Shown: one piece after another, positions 54,069-64,000 of the stretch
How positions within the stretch are numbered: position 1 is the first letter of the stretch
Layout: every line of letters starts with the position of its first letter
Assembly: GCA_964019335.1 (NCBI GenBank)
Contig: OZ025726.1
Location: 372,001-436,000 of the forward strand
Reading direction: 5' to 3'
DNA length: 64,000 nt
Origin: Diplonema japonicum
Taxonomy: Eukaryota > Protista > Euglenozoa: Diplonemea
Notes under the pieces: model-generated
Databases searched by the model: none
What the model was told of the DNA's origin: nothing
What the model saw: only the letters and a program-made list of their open reading frames with translations
Program-made: the position numbers and the translations under genes

Positions 54069-56111
54069 CTAGTGGCCCCACCATGCCTTGTGCCGTGCAA
54101 GGCACATGTTGCATTCTTCATCGTCTTTTAAGAACTCCACATCAAGGTTTGCGTCATGCAACATGTCGTTGGCTATGACGGTCAGGCCTTCTCGGTATTC
54201 AAACCACAGCGCAGACAGTTTACTTGAGAAGCTATTGTGGTGAAGAAATTGCTTGTCGGGAGACAAATCGCTGATAAGGGAGCCGTAGTCCAGGCACCAT
54301 TCGGTGGTGATGCGCCACGCCAGAGAAGTGACCATGTAGGAATGGCACAATACTTGCTTTTGATGGTGATACAGTGTTGCGAGGTAAAATTGCTGCAGCT
54401 TGGGGTATACAGCAGATGCCCTTTCACACTCTACGAGCATTGCTGCATTCGCTTCATTCACTATTCTGTCACACTCGACTGCAAGCAGTTTGAGGTATGT
54501 GTTCTTTATTTCCTTCCTTTGACGCACGGACTTGAGCACTTCGGAGCTCACCCATGTTGATGTCCTGCACCACTCCTCGAAGCACTGTTGCCGTGTCTCA
54601 AGCTCTACATTATAAGGGCAGTAGAGGATTCTTAGTGGTACCTTCGTCGAGCCTGTCCTCTTGTCCATCACGTGGTGGAACACACTAGTACAGATTTCCT
54701 TGGGCGTCCTATTTTTCGTATTCAGACGTAGGTGTGGGTCGGACCACGTTCGCACAAGACACTTAGACACAGTCACGAGCGATGGGCATATTGAGTTTGA
54801 GTATGCAATGCAGTTTAAAGCACCCTCTCTGCACTCACCTAAGAGTTTGATGCCAGGTGTTGCTGACATGCACCTCAAGACGTCAACACCATCTGGGACC
54901 TTGCCCAGGAGGAGACGGAAGAGGTCAAGCTTGCACAGCAAACTGATAGCAGGGGGCATGGAGTTAGGTAAAGACCCCATATGGTAGTCGAAAGGGTATT
55001 CCAACTTACTCTTGGAAGACAACGACTTAGCGGCAGAACTCTCAACCAACATCAACAGGGAATAGCCTTCTTCTTCACTTGCTCCGAGCAGTGTTCTGGA
55101 GGTGTCCCAGGCATGCATCAAAGCGCAATGCAGTGCGTTCCCATATTGATGAGGGGCCAGTGCCCTTTCCTGTATAGTGCACCGCTCAGTGTCTTCGAGC
55201 TTAACTAGTTTCCACAGCATCACGCCCAGACCCTGCGTATGGTCCTTGAAGATTGACGAGAAGCTGGTGTTCTCGAGAATAGCGATGAAAATCATCTTGT
55301 TCTTGTGCAACAAGTCAAGTGTATTCTTTGCAAATTTGAAGTACTTCAAGGTCAAGCAGGACCTTTCGTACATTTCCATGTCATGCAGACACGTTGTGGC
55401 GTGCCCTGCGATACTGCTAGCTTGCTCGTCAGCTAAGTTTGCGCGATCATTGCACTCATCGAGCTCGAGGGAGGCAAAGCCATCAAACCCCTTCCTCGAC
55501 AAGAGGTACGAGTGCACTTTCGTCTTGTAGAGGTCTAAGGTAAGCCTTTCCTTGCAGTCCTTGTTGCAGATCTCATCGCGCTTGGCACGCTCGCTGTCGA
55601 AGAAGGATACTCGCGTAAGGCATTCTGCAGCGTCTGTAGTCATAGCCACCCACAGGTATTTCTCTTCCAATGTGATCCAGTACCGTTGCACGTCGTGGCT
55701 CTCCAACAGCGCATCTTCTGCCACAACCATCTCACGAGTCCGACACTCTTGCATGTGGTTTGTTTTACTTAACATGTTGCTGATGAAGTTCTTGCTCGAC
55801 TGAGCTTTTGTCATTTCCTCCTGATTTTCTACTCTGCGTCTGCCCTCTTCTTCTTCCCTCCTCAAGAAGTATACCCTTCGAACATTGCACCCTCTAGAGA
55901 TAGAGGGGTATCGCGAATCAGGCCTGCTACTCTTTCTGCTGATAGCGCATATATCGGTTGAGTACATAACCTGGAGGAATGAGGAGAGTGCAGAAGAGCA
56001 GTAAAAAAAGTCTACAAGTGTACGTATAAACCACCACTGCATGAGGCAGTGCTCTATGGTGTCTAAGAAATCTAGAAGCCTAATTCGAATGGTACGCTCT
56101 TGTGATTGCAT
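54069..56111 (-). CDS. Hypothetical helical protein (start uncertain; may splice to the upstream gene)
   Basis: 680-codon ORF with E..ER-type helical repeats. Confidence 0.6.
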   Translation of the reverse strand: MQSQERTIRIRLLDFLDTIEHCLMQWWFIRTLVDFFYCSSALSSFLQVMYSTDICAISRKSSRPDSRYPSISRGCNVRRVYFLRREEEEGRRRVENQEEMTKAQSSKNFISNMLSKTNHMQECRTREMVVAEDALLESHDVQRYWITLEEKYLWVAMTTDAAECLTRVSFFDSERAKRDEICNKDCKERLTLDLYKTKVHSYLLSRKGFDGFASLELDECNDRANLADEQASSIAGHATTCLHDMEMYERSCLTLKYFKFAKNTLDLLHKNKMIFIAILENTSFSSIFKDHTQGLGVMLWKLVKLEDTERCTIQERALAPHQYGNALHCALMHAWDTSRTLLGASEEEGYSLLMLVESSAAKSLSSKSKLEYPFDYHMGSLPNSMPPAISLLCKLDLFRLLLGKVPDGVDVLRCMSATPGIKLLGECREGALNCIAYSNSICPSLVTVSKCLVRTWSDPHLRLNTKNRTPKEICTSVFHHVMDKRTGSTKVPLRILYCPYNVELETRQQCFEEWCRTSTWVSSEVLKSVRQRKEIKNTYLKLLAVECDRIVNEANAAMLVECERASAVYPKLQQFYLATLYHHQKQVLCHSYMVTSLAWRITTEWCLDYGSLISDLSPDKQFLHHNSFSSKLSALWFEYREGLTVIANDMLHDANLDVEFLKDDEECNMCLARHKAWWGH

Positions 56112-57050
56112 TTTGCTGCCTCTTCAGCCTCTCAAGTGCATTCTTGCGGATACCCAGTGTCTTGTAGATTGCCAACCTCTTGCGCGAAGAGGTGCAGATT
56201 AGCTCCAGGAGGGCCGATCCGTTTGCGTTTCGTGTGTGCAGGAGAACATTCTAGTAGAAGTGGTTTGGTTGGTGCAGCTTATAATGAATACCTTTGTGGT
56301 GTAGTTCTCGATGACTTCATACAGTTCACTGATGGGCACTTCTAAGATGGGGTTCCTGTCGTAGTGGTGCAAGAAGATAATGTTAGTGGGTGTTATCCTG
56401 AGGCTGACACTCGAAGAGAGTGGTTCCAGTTTGGGCATAGGGTCCCCGTCATTGAGGTGCCTGTCTATAGTGCACCCGTTCATGCTGATACCGGACCCGA
56501 ACTCAATAGCTGAGTTGCATTGGAACTCTTCCTCGGTGAGAAGCTGTGGCTGTGTTGCTTGTTAATTGCGATTGCAGCATACCATTCTCGTCCCGTTGGG
56601 CGAGTGATGTTGCACGCTGGCCGTGTCTTCAGGGACGGCTTGATGCACTTGGGGGGTTGGTTGTGGCTGCGGTTGGTGATGCTGCGGTGGCATAAAATGA
56701 GGCTGTGGGTGTTGCTGTTGTGGTTGTGGCTGAGGCTGTAGTTGTTGTGACTGGGGTGGGTGGTACTGCTGCTGCGTCTGCTGCTGTTGCATCTGTTGCA
56801 GAACGCCGCTGCTTTGAAGCTGCTTTAGTCTCATCTCCCAATCAGTCGTCGGTTCCGCCTGGCCCTGAGGAACCATTGAACCGAATTGGCTTCGAACACC
56901 TTTCAAAAAGGAAGACGCCGTGTCAGGGGAACCACTGCCCTTCGCGTTGTCTTCCCAGCCAGGTCTCAGTGCCTCACCTTCATGACTTGGGGCCAGACCT
57001 GCCGCGCCTGCACCAGGACCCGTGGGAGGTATCCATGCAGGAAAAGCCAT
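56080..57050 (-). CDS. Hypothetical Q/P-rich protein (introns 56550-56582, 56251-56291; 298 aa)
   Basis: Two short GT-AG introns join three ORF pieces in frame. Confidence 0.6.
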
Positions 57051-57144
57051 ATGTTACCCTGTGTTGTGTTCGCATCAACGTATGCAGCCAGAATGAGAGT
57101 CGAGAGGCAGCGACAGATTGCATGGAATCTTCTTGTAAAAGAAG

Positions 57145-57184
57145 AGGTACACTATTAGTGGTACACTATTAGAGGTACACTATA
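57145..57184. repeat. 14-bp tandem repeat (GGTACACTATTAGW) in about 3 copies
   Basis: gaggtacactattagtggtacactattagaggtacactat. Confidence 0.8.
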
Positions 57185-57370
57185 CTTGTCGCGACGCAAA
57201 CCAAATCTACATTCGCATCGCATCTTTTTTGTATATCACTGTGATGGGGTTTTCCGGTACAAAGTTAGGGACTACTTTAAAAAAAGGGGTGAAGATGAAG
57301 AAGAGTGGTACATCAATTCAATTTAGGCCATTTCGGAGGCGGGCTGTGTTGTTTTTTTTTCGGGAAATAA

Positions 57371-58087
57371 TCAAAAAAGGGCATACGTGTCAGGATCGTG
57401 AGCTGGTTTTTTCTCGATAGGGAATCTAGCATCTTTTATAACGGGGCAGCCCCTGTTTTTGAACCACACCCTGGCGGCGTTCGCCTGCTGGACGGTGATG
57501 AAGGTTAGGAAACCGAAGCCTTTTAAAAGGGAGGAAGTGGGGGATTCCGGTACCAAGTGGATATCCATGAGACCATGGACCTGAGCGAGTGCCGTCCTAA
57601 CATGAGACTCAGGAACAGTACGGTCTTGCAGGGTCACGAAGAGCTTGTTCTGCGGCTCGCCCTCTGGGTGAGTGTAGGGCATGCTTGCTTGCATCTTCTG
57701 CTGAAGCTGTATTTGTTGCTGCTGCTGCTGGTGTTGTTGTTGCTGTTGTTGATTGAACTGTTCTCTTTGTCTCTTAGCCGCCTTCTTAGCGCTCGGCGGC
57801 CACTCCGGCTGGTACACCGCCACACTCATAGTTGCATCGCCTCCATATTTCGCCACCAGATTATTCAACGTTTTCATCTTGCTCTCCAAATATAACATTT
57901 CTAGCTCCAAGAACCGCTTTGCCTTGTACATTGTAGGCAACACCATCTCCTCCGATCTCATTAGCTCCTCTACCTTTTCCTTGTTATAAAGTGCCAGATA
58001 TAAATAACCCAAGTGATCCACCTTCACTGGGCATGGGCTTATCGTCTCCACTTCGAACAGGCATTTCACGTACTGCAGCGATGCCAT
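57371..58087 (-). CDS. RRM RNA-binding protein with polyQ tract
   Basis: RNP2-like KLFVTL and RNP1 KGFGFLTF. Confidence 0.8.
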   Translation of the reverse strand: MASLQYVKCLFEVETISPCPVKVDHLGYLYLALYNKEKVEELMRSEEMVLPTMYKAKRFLELEMLYLESKMKTLNNLVAKYGGDATMSVAVYQPEWPPSAKKAAKRQREQFNQQQQQQHQQQQQQIQLQQKMQASMPYTHPEGEPQNKLFVTLQDRTVPESHVRTALAQVHGLMDIHLVPESPTSSLLKGFGFLTFITVQQANAARVWFKNRGCPVIKDARFPIEKKPAHDPDTYALF

Positions 58088-58354
58088 CTGGTGTGCTCCT
58101 GTAGTGGCTGATGGTTTGTAAAGAAATAAAAAGAACTGAAAGAAAACTGATTACCGAGATGCAGACCTTGGTCTTCTGCAGACACTAAGCACAGTTTCGA
58201 GCCTTAAAAAACTTCCCATAAAGGATAGCAAACAAAGAGCCAGCTCTGTGACGTGATGCTTCGCCTACGAGATCGAGCTGCCCTATTTCAAAGGCTCACT
58301 TGCCTCCCAAGTAAGCAAGCACTATTCTCCTTGATACCAAATACGAGCTTCTGA

Positions 58355-59096
58355 CTATATCTTTCTTCCACGCTTCCTTAGCGCCTCTTTCACTTCATCA
58401 AGCGTTTCCTAATAGAGTGTGCATAGCAAAGCATGGCATACCTGCAATTTGTCAACTGATTCTTGCAATTTTTTGACTTCATCTCTGAGATTACTTTCCG
58501 GTGTTGCAATCCGTGGAGTGGTTTCAGAGGACACGATGCCGATCTTCTTGAGCACCCACCGGAGGGGCACCAACACGAAGATGTACATCGCTGTGAGGCC
58601 GGCCAAGCCCAGGAGCCCCATGAGAGCATACAAGCGGTACTTCTTCGCACCGATTGACTCATATCCCATTTTGTCCTCGTTCTGGTACGTCCCTTTTACA
58701 ATCATGTTGTAAGCGGACTGGATCTTCTGAAACTCATCAAGAGACCCCCCTTTGTCAGGGTGATTAGTCAGTGACAGCCTTCTGTAGGCTGCTTTCACTT
58801 CCTCTACAGGCGCACCCTCCTTTAACCCCAGCACCTGGTATGGTGACCCGTTCTCTTTCACCCACGATGCTGACTGCATACTATCCTGTGCGTGTTGCCG
58901 CACTTGGTCCTTCCACTGTTGCGTTTTGGTGAGAACAATACAAACATACTTTCTGCCACTGTGATCCCTGCGTGTTGTACCTCGCCTGCCGAGCTCTTGG
59001 ACCCTTGAAAATCTGAAACCTTTGCAACCCATGTTGCCTGAGGCTGCCCGCTCCTCGTATGACGAGGGGGACTGATGCCAAACTTGATCGCAGCAT
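58355..59096 (-). CDS. Mitochondrial-type DnaJ membrane protein (introns 58916-58949, 58409-58441; 224 aa)
   Basis: MLRSSL presequence; PYQVLGL...VKAAYRRLSLTNHPDKGG; one TM segment. Confidence 0.85.
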
Positions 59097-59144
59097 TTTC
59101 CTTTGGTATAATATGTTTCTAGAACACAGAAAAGAACAATGAAA

Positions 59145-61229
59145 TCACGCGGTGCAGTGGCTTCTTTCGAACGTTGTATGCAACGCAGCGATGCTTGTGA
59201 GCTGGACAAGAGAGGTACCCTTAACGAGGCGGCTGGGGGGCACAAAGTCTGTTTTCAGGGATGGAAGTATAGAAACAGGGAAGAACGCAGATATCGGTGA
59301 TGTGTGTGGGGGTGGGATATGGTCGAAGGATGAGCCACAAGGTGTGTATAGGGCAGAGAGCTCTGTGGCTAGGGTTTGATAAACGAGCTCAGAAGAATCA
59401 CCAGCTTCCCACGGCACATCGGAACCGACACGCAACATCAGCAAGGGAACCCCTTCCAGTGGAGGGACGAAGCCATTCCACACACGGGGCAAGGTAGTGA
59501 CTTTCCCATCTGCAGAGACACCCACACCAACGTCCTGCAAAACTGTCCTGTGTTTCACCAAGCAGTCCACCAATGCAGTACAAATCTCCTGCTTATCCCC
59601 ATCAGAGGGTTCCCACACGCCCGGTATTGAAAGAGCAACCTCACAAAGATCAGCGATTCTAGGAGGGTCAGTAAAGTTGAGAAGTGACTTGCAGCTTCCT
59701 CTCAGGATTCTCTGATACGCAGCTTCTTTCATCACAACTTTCAAATCCAGAAAGTAAATATCGTCTGCACTCCTGAGGATAGCGGCTCTGTCATTCACCA
59801 TCCCCACTTGCTCCATGGTGCTAAAAACTTCTTTCATTCTTGCGTGTGCTGATTCTTGGATCCTTTCAGTGGCTAGCACCCTGCCATGCTTAGGGGGGTT
59901 TTGTGTTGGCAGGAGCTGCTTAAACGGATTGGCCTTCTCATTTTTTGAGCTGTCGACTTTAAGCTCGATGTTGCCCGGCTTCATGATCACTGAGTCCACC
60001 ATGATGTCCTTATCCCCATCGAGCACTACGCTTTTGAAGGGTTTGGTACTGGCGTGTTTTGGCGTGTCCGTGCTTAGTGCAGCGCTCTCGGTTACTGCGC
60101 GTTTCTTTAGGTGCTCTTTGCCGCTCTCCTTGTTTTCGGTGACTTCGTCTTCTTCAAGTTTCCGTTTCTTCGCCCCAAGTTCTTCCTTCAGCACGACTAT
60201 GGGGAACTGCTTCGAAACTTCTACAGCAGTATTCAACTTCGCCGTGATGGCGTCATGCACTCCAGATGCGATCAGGTCCTCCTTCAAGAGAGCTACTTCT
60301 GCTTTGGTAGGGTGCACATTCACATCAACTTCGTTAGCAGGCACTGTGATGGACAGAAATATGAAGGGGTGCTTCCCTTTTCCAAGGAAGGGTTGATAAG
60401 CCTGCGAGACTGCTTTTTGTATGGGAGAACAGTCTACAAGCCTTCCGTTCGCAAAGTACGTAGATATAATCCTTCTCACTGAAAAGAAGCTGCCTGTGAA
60501 CAGGCCTTTTACAGTAGCATCCGGTGTGTCGATGGCCAGCTCGTGTATGTGGTTGCTGATGTCAAGCCCGAAGGCCGTGGGGATGACCCCGACAGAGGTG
60601 TCAGGGCACCCCGATGTGTTGAGGTCGGGTGGTATGTTGAAGTCCTTTCTGCAAATGAACTTCGTCTTTGGGTATTGCACAGAATAGCGCTTCACAACCT
60701 CCAAGATCCTTGAATACTCCGTGAAGCTAGACCGCAGAGAGGCCTTCCGCACAGGAAGGTTGTAAAAGAGGTCATCCACAGCCACAGAAGTCCCCTCGGG
60801 GCACGTCACAATGCCAGGAACTGCTTCCTTCATCTCACCGTTTGCGTAGCTTGCCGAAAGTCCGTTACTAGCACCGTGCCTCTTAGTGGTGATTCTGACG
60901 CGGGCCACGTAGGTTATGGACGCAAGCGCCTCACCCCTAAACCCGAACGTACTCACTTTCTCGAGCTCCTCATATTTAGAGAGCTTTGAAGTCGTGAACC
61001 TCTCGCAAACCCTTTTCATGTCTGCAGGTCTGACCCCATCGCCATTGTCCATCACCACCAGCTTAGTTCCACCGTTCTTTGCTACTATTGTCACCTGCGT
61101 AGCGTGAGCATCAAGACTGTTCTCAATCAACTCCTTTATGGCATGGCAGGGGCGTTGCACAACCTCGCCGGCTGCTATCTTGTTGACCACATCTTGTGGC
61201 AGCTTCTTGATAGTCTCTGCAGTGTCCAT
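59145..61229 (-). CDS. MLH1: DNA mismatch repair protein MLH1
   Basis: IKKL..DVVNKIAAGEVVQRP..AIKELIENSLDA, CERFTTSKL, FGFRGEALAS, DVNVHPTK.EV, terminal FER. Confidence 0.93.
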   Translation of the reverse strand: MDTAETIKKLPQDVVNKIAAGEVVQRPCHAIKELIENSLDAHATQVTIVAKNGGTKLVVMDNGDGVRPADMKRVCERFTTSKLSKYEELEKVSTFGFRGEALASITYVARVRITTKRHGASNGLSASYANGEMKEAVPGIVTCPEGTSVAVDDLFYNLPVRKASLRSSFTEYSRILEVVKRYSVQYPKTKFICRKDFNIPPDLNTSGCPDTSVGVIPTAFGLDISNHIHELAIDTPDATVKGLFTGSFFSVRRIISTYFANGRLVDCSPIQKAVSQAYQPFLGKGKHPFIFLSITVPANEVDVNVHPTKAEVALLKEDLIASGVHDAITAKLNTAVEVSKQFPIVVLKEELGAKKRKLEEDEVTENKESGKEHLKKRAVTESAALSTDTPKHASTKPFKSVVLDGDKDIMVDSVIMKPGNIELKVDSSKNEKANPFKQLLPTQNPPKHGRVLATERIQESAHARMKEVFSTMEQVGMVNDRAAILRSADDIYFLDLKVVMKEAAYQRILRGSCKSLLNFTDPPRIADLCEVALSIPGVWEPSDGDKQEICTALVDCLVKHRTVLQDVGVGVSADGKVTTLPRVWNGFVPPLEGVPLLMLRVGSDVPWEAGDSSELVYQTLATELSALYTPCGSSFDHIPPPHTSPISAFFPVSILPSLKTDFVPPSRLVKGTSLVQLTSIAALHTTFERSHCTA

Positions 61230-61291
61230 ATCTACCTGCACATGGACTAGACTGGTGTAATTAAGGAAGACAAAACTCAAAGAAGGCATAA

Positions 61292-62350
61292 CTATGCCTG
61301 TAATCTGCTGGTAGCTCGCTCGTACGCTTCGGTGAAGGCCTTTGTTGCGAACTGCAAGCTACCGACATGACTCTGGTACAAGGCAAGCACCTTATTTGCT
61401 TCTGCCTTGTTTCCTGTTTGTGCATAGACAAGCATCACTGACGTAAAGAGCCCTTTTGTGATGTATCTCCTATTCAAAGCAAGGAGGAAAGCTGCCGAAG
61501 CATGTTTCTCATGATAGTCGTCTGCAGCCTTGGCATGTGGGATACATGCGTTGATGAGGTAGTGGTACACCGTGAGTGATGGGACCAGACCGACGCTGGT
61601 GAGATCAGCGATTGTCTTTTTGACATTCTCAAAATCTTCGAAAGAGCAATACAGAGATAACATGGCTTCATACAGCCCAAGTGTCCTCGGAGTGCCTATC
61701 TTGGGAAGGGCTGCGAAGAGTGCTTCAGCCTTGCTTACATGTCGTTCGTCCTCTCTGCATGCCTTAATAGCTCTCGCAAGCGTGACGCTGTTGGGTTGTA
61801 TTCCGTGGGCAGCCATGAGCCGAAGGATCTTATTGGCTTCTGCATAACTGCAAAAGTAGAGCATGCCATTATACGTGTCCAGATTGGGCTTCAGTTTCTC
61901 CTGCTTCATACGCTTGAAGTACGTGGCACTAAACTCCCGCAGGCGGCAAAAGCACATCGAGGCAATTATGCTATTGTACACCTTGAGTGAGAACTGCTCA
62001 GCGTGGAGCTCGATCATGTCAAGTATTTTGAGAACGTTTTCGGTGTCGCGTCGCTTAGCATACCCCTTCAACACCAACAGCATGCTTGTCTGCGTCGGTT
62101 TGCTCTTGTTCACCAGCATTTCATCCAATATCTTGTGTGCTTGGGTTACCTTATCCGTTTGTGCTAGAGCTGTGATCAATTCCTGAGAAGAGCGTCTGCC
62201 CAGCCCTTTGACACCTCCTATCTTTTCAACCAACTGGTGCAGCTGTCGCATCATGCCCCGTCCATGCTTGGCGTTCGCCTTCACTTCGCGAATCGCCGCT
62301 GGAGTTATTAATTTTGCAATAAGTTGCGTTTTTGCATAATCGGACAGCAT
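61292..62350 (-). CDS. Pentatricopeptide-repeat protein
   Basis: ~35-aa repeats such as VYNSII....M....KPNLDTYNGML, GIQPNSVT, GLVPSLTVYHYLINAC. Confidence 0.85.
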   Translation of the reverse strand: MLSDYAKTQLIAKLITPAAIREVKANAKHGRGMMRQLHQLVEKIGGVKGLGRRSSQELITALAQTDKVTQAHKILDEMLVNKSKPTQTSMLLVLKGYAKRRDTENVLKILDMIELHAEQFSLKVYNSIIASMCFCRLREFSATYFKRMKQEKLKPNLDTYNGMLYFCSYAEANKILRLMAAHGIQPNSVTLARAIKACREDERHVSKAEALFAALPKIGTPRTLGLYEAMLSLYCSFEDFENVKKTIADLTSVGLVPSLTVYHYLINACIPHAKAADDYHEKHASAAFLLALNRRYITKGLFTSVMLVYAQTGNKAEANKVLALYQSHVGSLQFATKAFTEAYERATSRLQA

Positions 62351-62368
62351 TTCATGTGTAGTGCACCC

Positions 62369-64000
62369 CTAAACGGTTGCGTTGTTTCTCGAGGACTGTT
62401 GGTGATCAATACAAATGCTACATTGGAGGGGCTTGCGACTACCACCTGGGAAGGGCATGGATGTTGCTGTCGGACAAATCGAACTGACTGACTTCTGCAG
62501 ACGACTTTCTGGAGCGTGGTGAAGGTTCCGAACTAGCGGCACTGTGGTTGCTAAATTTTGTCGGGCAAGGTATGCATACTCATCTAGCATGGAAGCCAGG
62601 TTGTGGACATCAGCGTCTCGAGGTTCTTCGTATAAGAAGTCTTCTTCTTTAGGAGATCTTATGTTCACAAGGGACCTGCGCCTGGACGGCTCTACACCAG
62701 GTGAGCCAGCGCTGCTAATTGAGAATTTCGAGATCTCTCTTTGAAGTGACATAGAAGGGGAGCTGCGCAGGTCTGGAGAGGGGATGTCGGGCTCCACATC
62801 TTCAATTTCTAGCTTCTTAGTCATCTGAGAGCTTTCAGGCTCCACGTCGAGTGTAGGAGGAGATGGAAGTGAACTTGCAGCTAAGTTCTCAAAATATGAG
62901 TCACGCGCTTTTGTTCCCTCACTTGAAGTCGGGCTGCTCCAGTCGCCTCGCTTCATAGGCATTCTGTCGTCGTCGTCCTGTGGGGTTACCTACTTTTGTG
63001 TTCCATACTGTTAAAGGTGTGTTCTTGATTTTGCCTTTATTTATGCTTCTTCTTGGTGATTTCGGGGAACGGGCTCTCACAGGGCTTGCCACCAAGCGCG
63101 CTGGGCTGCCTGACATTGCCTGTGCAGCCTTCTTGTTGGTATCAAGTACCAGCGACAATACATCTTGCAGGTCACTCTTGACATCCGGTCGCTTAATTAT
63201 GAGGTGCTTCAGAAGGCTTGCCATGTCTGCGATGTTGCTGCTTGTATGGTGGATGGTCTTGGTGAGCACACGCTCGCGCTCGGCAGCGTGCTGCAGCTGA
63301 GCGGTTGTATTTTTCTTTTGTTGCATGCATTCGCTCTGGACGGAAAGTAGTTGCTTTCTCAAAACCTTGTTTTCTTCGAGCAGTGAGTGCAGTTCGCCGT
63401 TTCGGAGGGGTTTGCTGGGGGCTGCAGGTCTGCGGCTTGGTGAGGGTGATCCCATTCTTCTGGGGGCAGGTGACCTTTGCCGAATGCTGGTATTTGTGTT
63501 GGTACGCGACATAGAGTTTGTGGCGCATGGCGAACGTGCACGTGTCCGTGAGCCTGTTCGCTTTTTAGAGTTTTCCTTTGTCAACACCTCGCGTTCCAGA
63601 GCCCTTGTGATGGGCGTGATGGTGGTGCATGTCCCTGTTAGCTCGTATCCGCGGACACCCAACCGCTTCCTCACAACCCATAGCAAGGCCTCGCCGTCGT
63701 CTTCAATAACAGGTATAATGTGTAGTATGTTGGGGATGTTCACCTGCTTCAAGCAGGTCGGAGCGCTCGGCGATGAACAGGCCCACACACACATCAGGGA
63801 GTCGAGCCCCCCGGACACAACGAAGCCAGATGCCGTCTGGGAAAGAGCAGTAACGCATTGCGTGTGATTTTTTAAGGTTGCCATCACACGCTGCGCGCTC
63901 AAGTCCCAAAGGAGGATGTTGCCATCTTCACCCCCAGTCCACAAAACAGCCGTCAGTATGTGATACATCATAACTTTAACAAGAGCCCGGTGTCCAACAA
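62369..64000 (-). CDS. WD40-repeat plus coiled-coil protein, 5' truncated by window (intron 62978-63008)
   Basis: LWTGGEDGNILLWD, HTQCVTAL...VSGGLDSLMCVW; a 31-nt intron joins the two ORFs in frame. Confidence 0.8.

Noticed and set aside
2542-63867. Numerous plus-strand ORFs
   Set aside because: They are antisense shadows of minus-strand genes with no recognisable motifs.

Overview
Gene-dense eukaryotic nuclear DNA, most likely from a euglenozoan and probably a diplonemid. This assignment is inferred from three things: all ~38 protein genes lie on the minus strand as one directional cluster; genes carry very short GT-AG introns (31-64 nt); and there are tandem single-hairpin AGA-box snoRNAs of the euglenozoan type. 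Recognisable genes include VPS52, FKBP, Elongin C, a twin-CX9C protein, GT61, two Nudix hydrolases, a bacterial-type aminotransferase with a PTS1-like tail, SPX-EXS, a ~2615-aa membrane-anchored repeat protein, REI1/ZNF622, eIF4E, a double beta-lactamase-fold protein, an ABC ATPase, ERGIC-thioredoxin, a macrodomain, VPS9, a Wee1-like pseudokinase, DnaJ, MLH1, PPR and WD40. A decayed piggyBac with intact ends is also present. Highlights the ORF track misses: (1) two arrays holding 18 copies of three AGA-box H/ACA-like RNAs, one with a clear 18S target and one whose pocket is complementary, in inverted geometry, to the spliced-leader RNA 5' splice junction; (2) a hidden SelS-like selenoprotein ending GGGG-UGA-G-stop; (3) introns made almost entirely of poly(A); (4) alternating homopolymer-rich and ultra-compact domains. 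I derived the intron-containing gene models by hand; for those given with complete exon coordinates the spliced length is a multiple of three. Family calls rest on motif recognition, not database searches.
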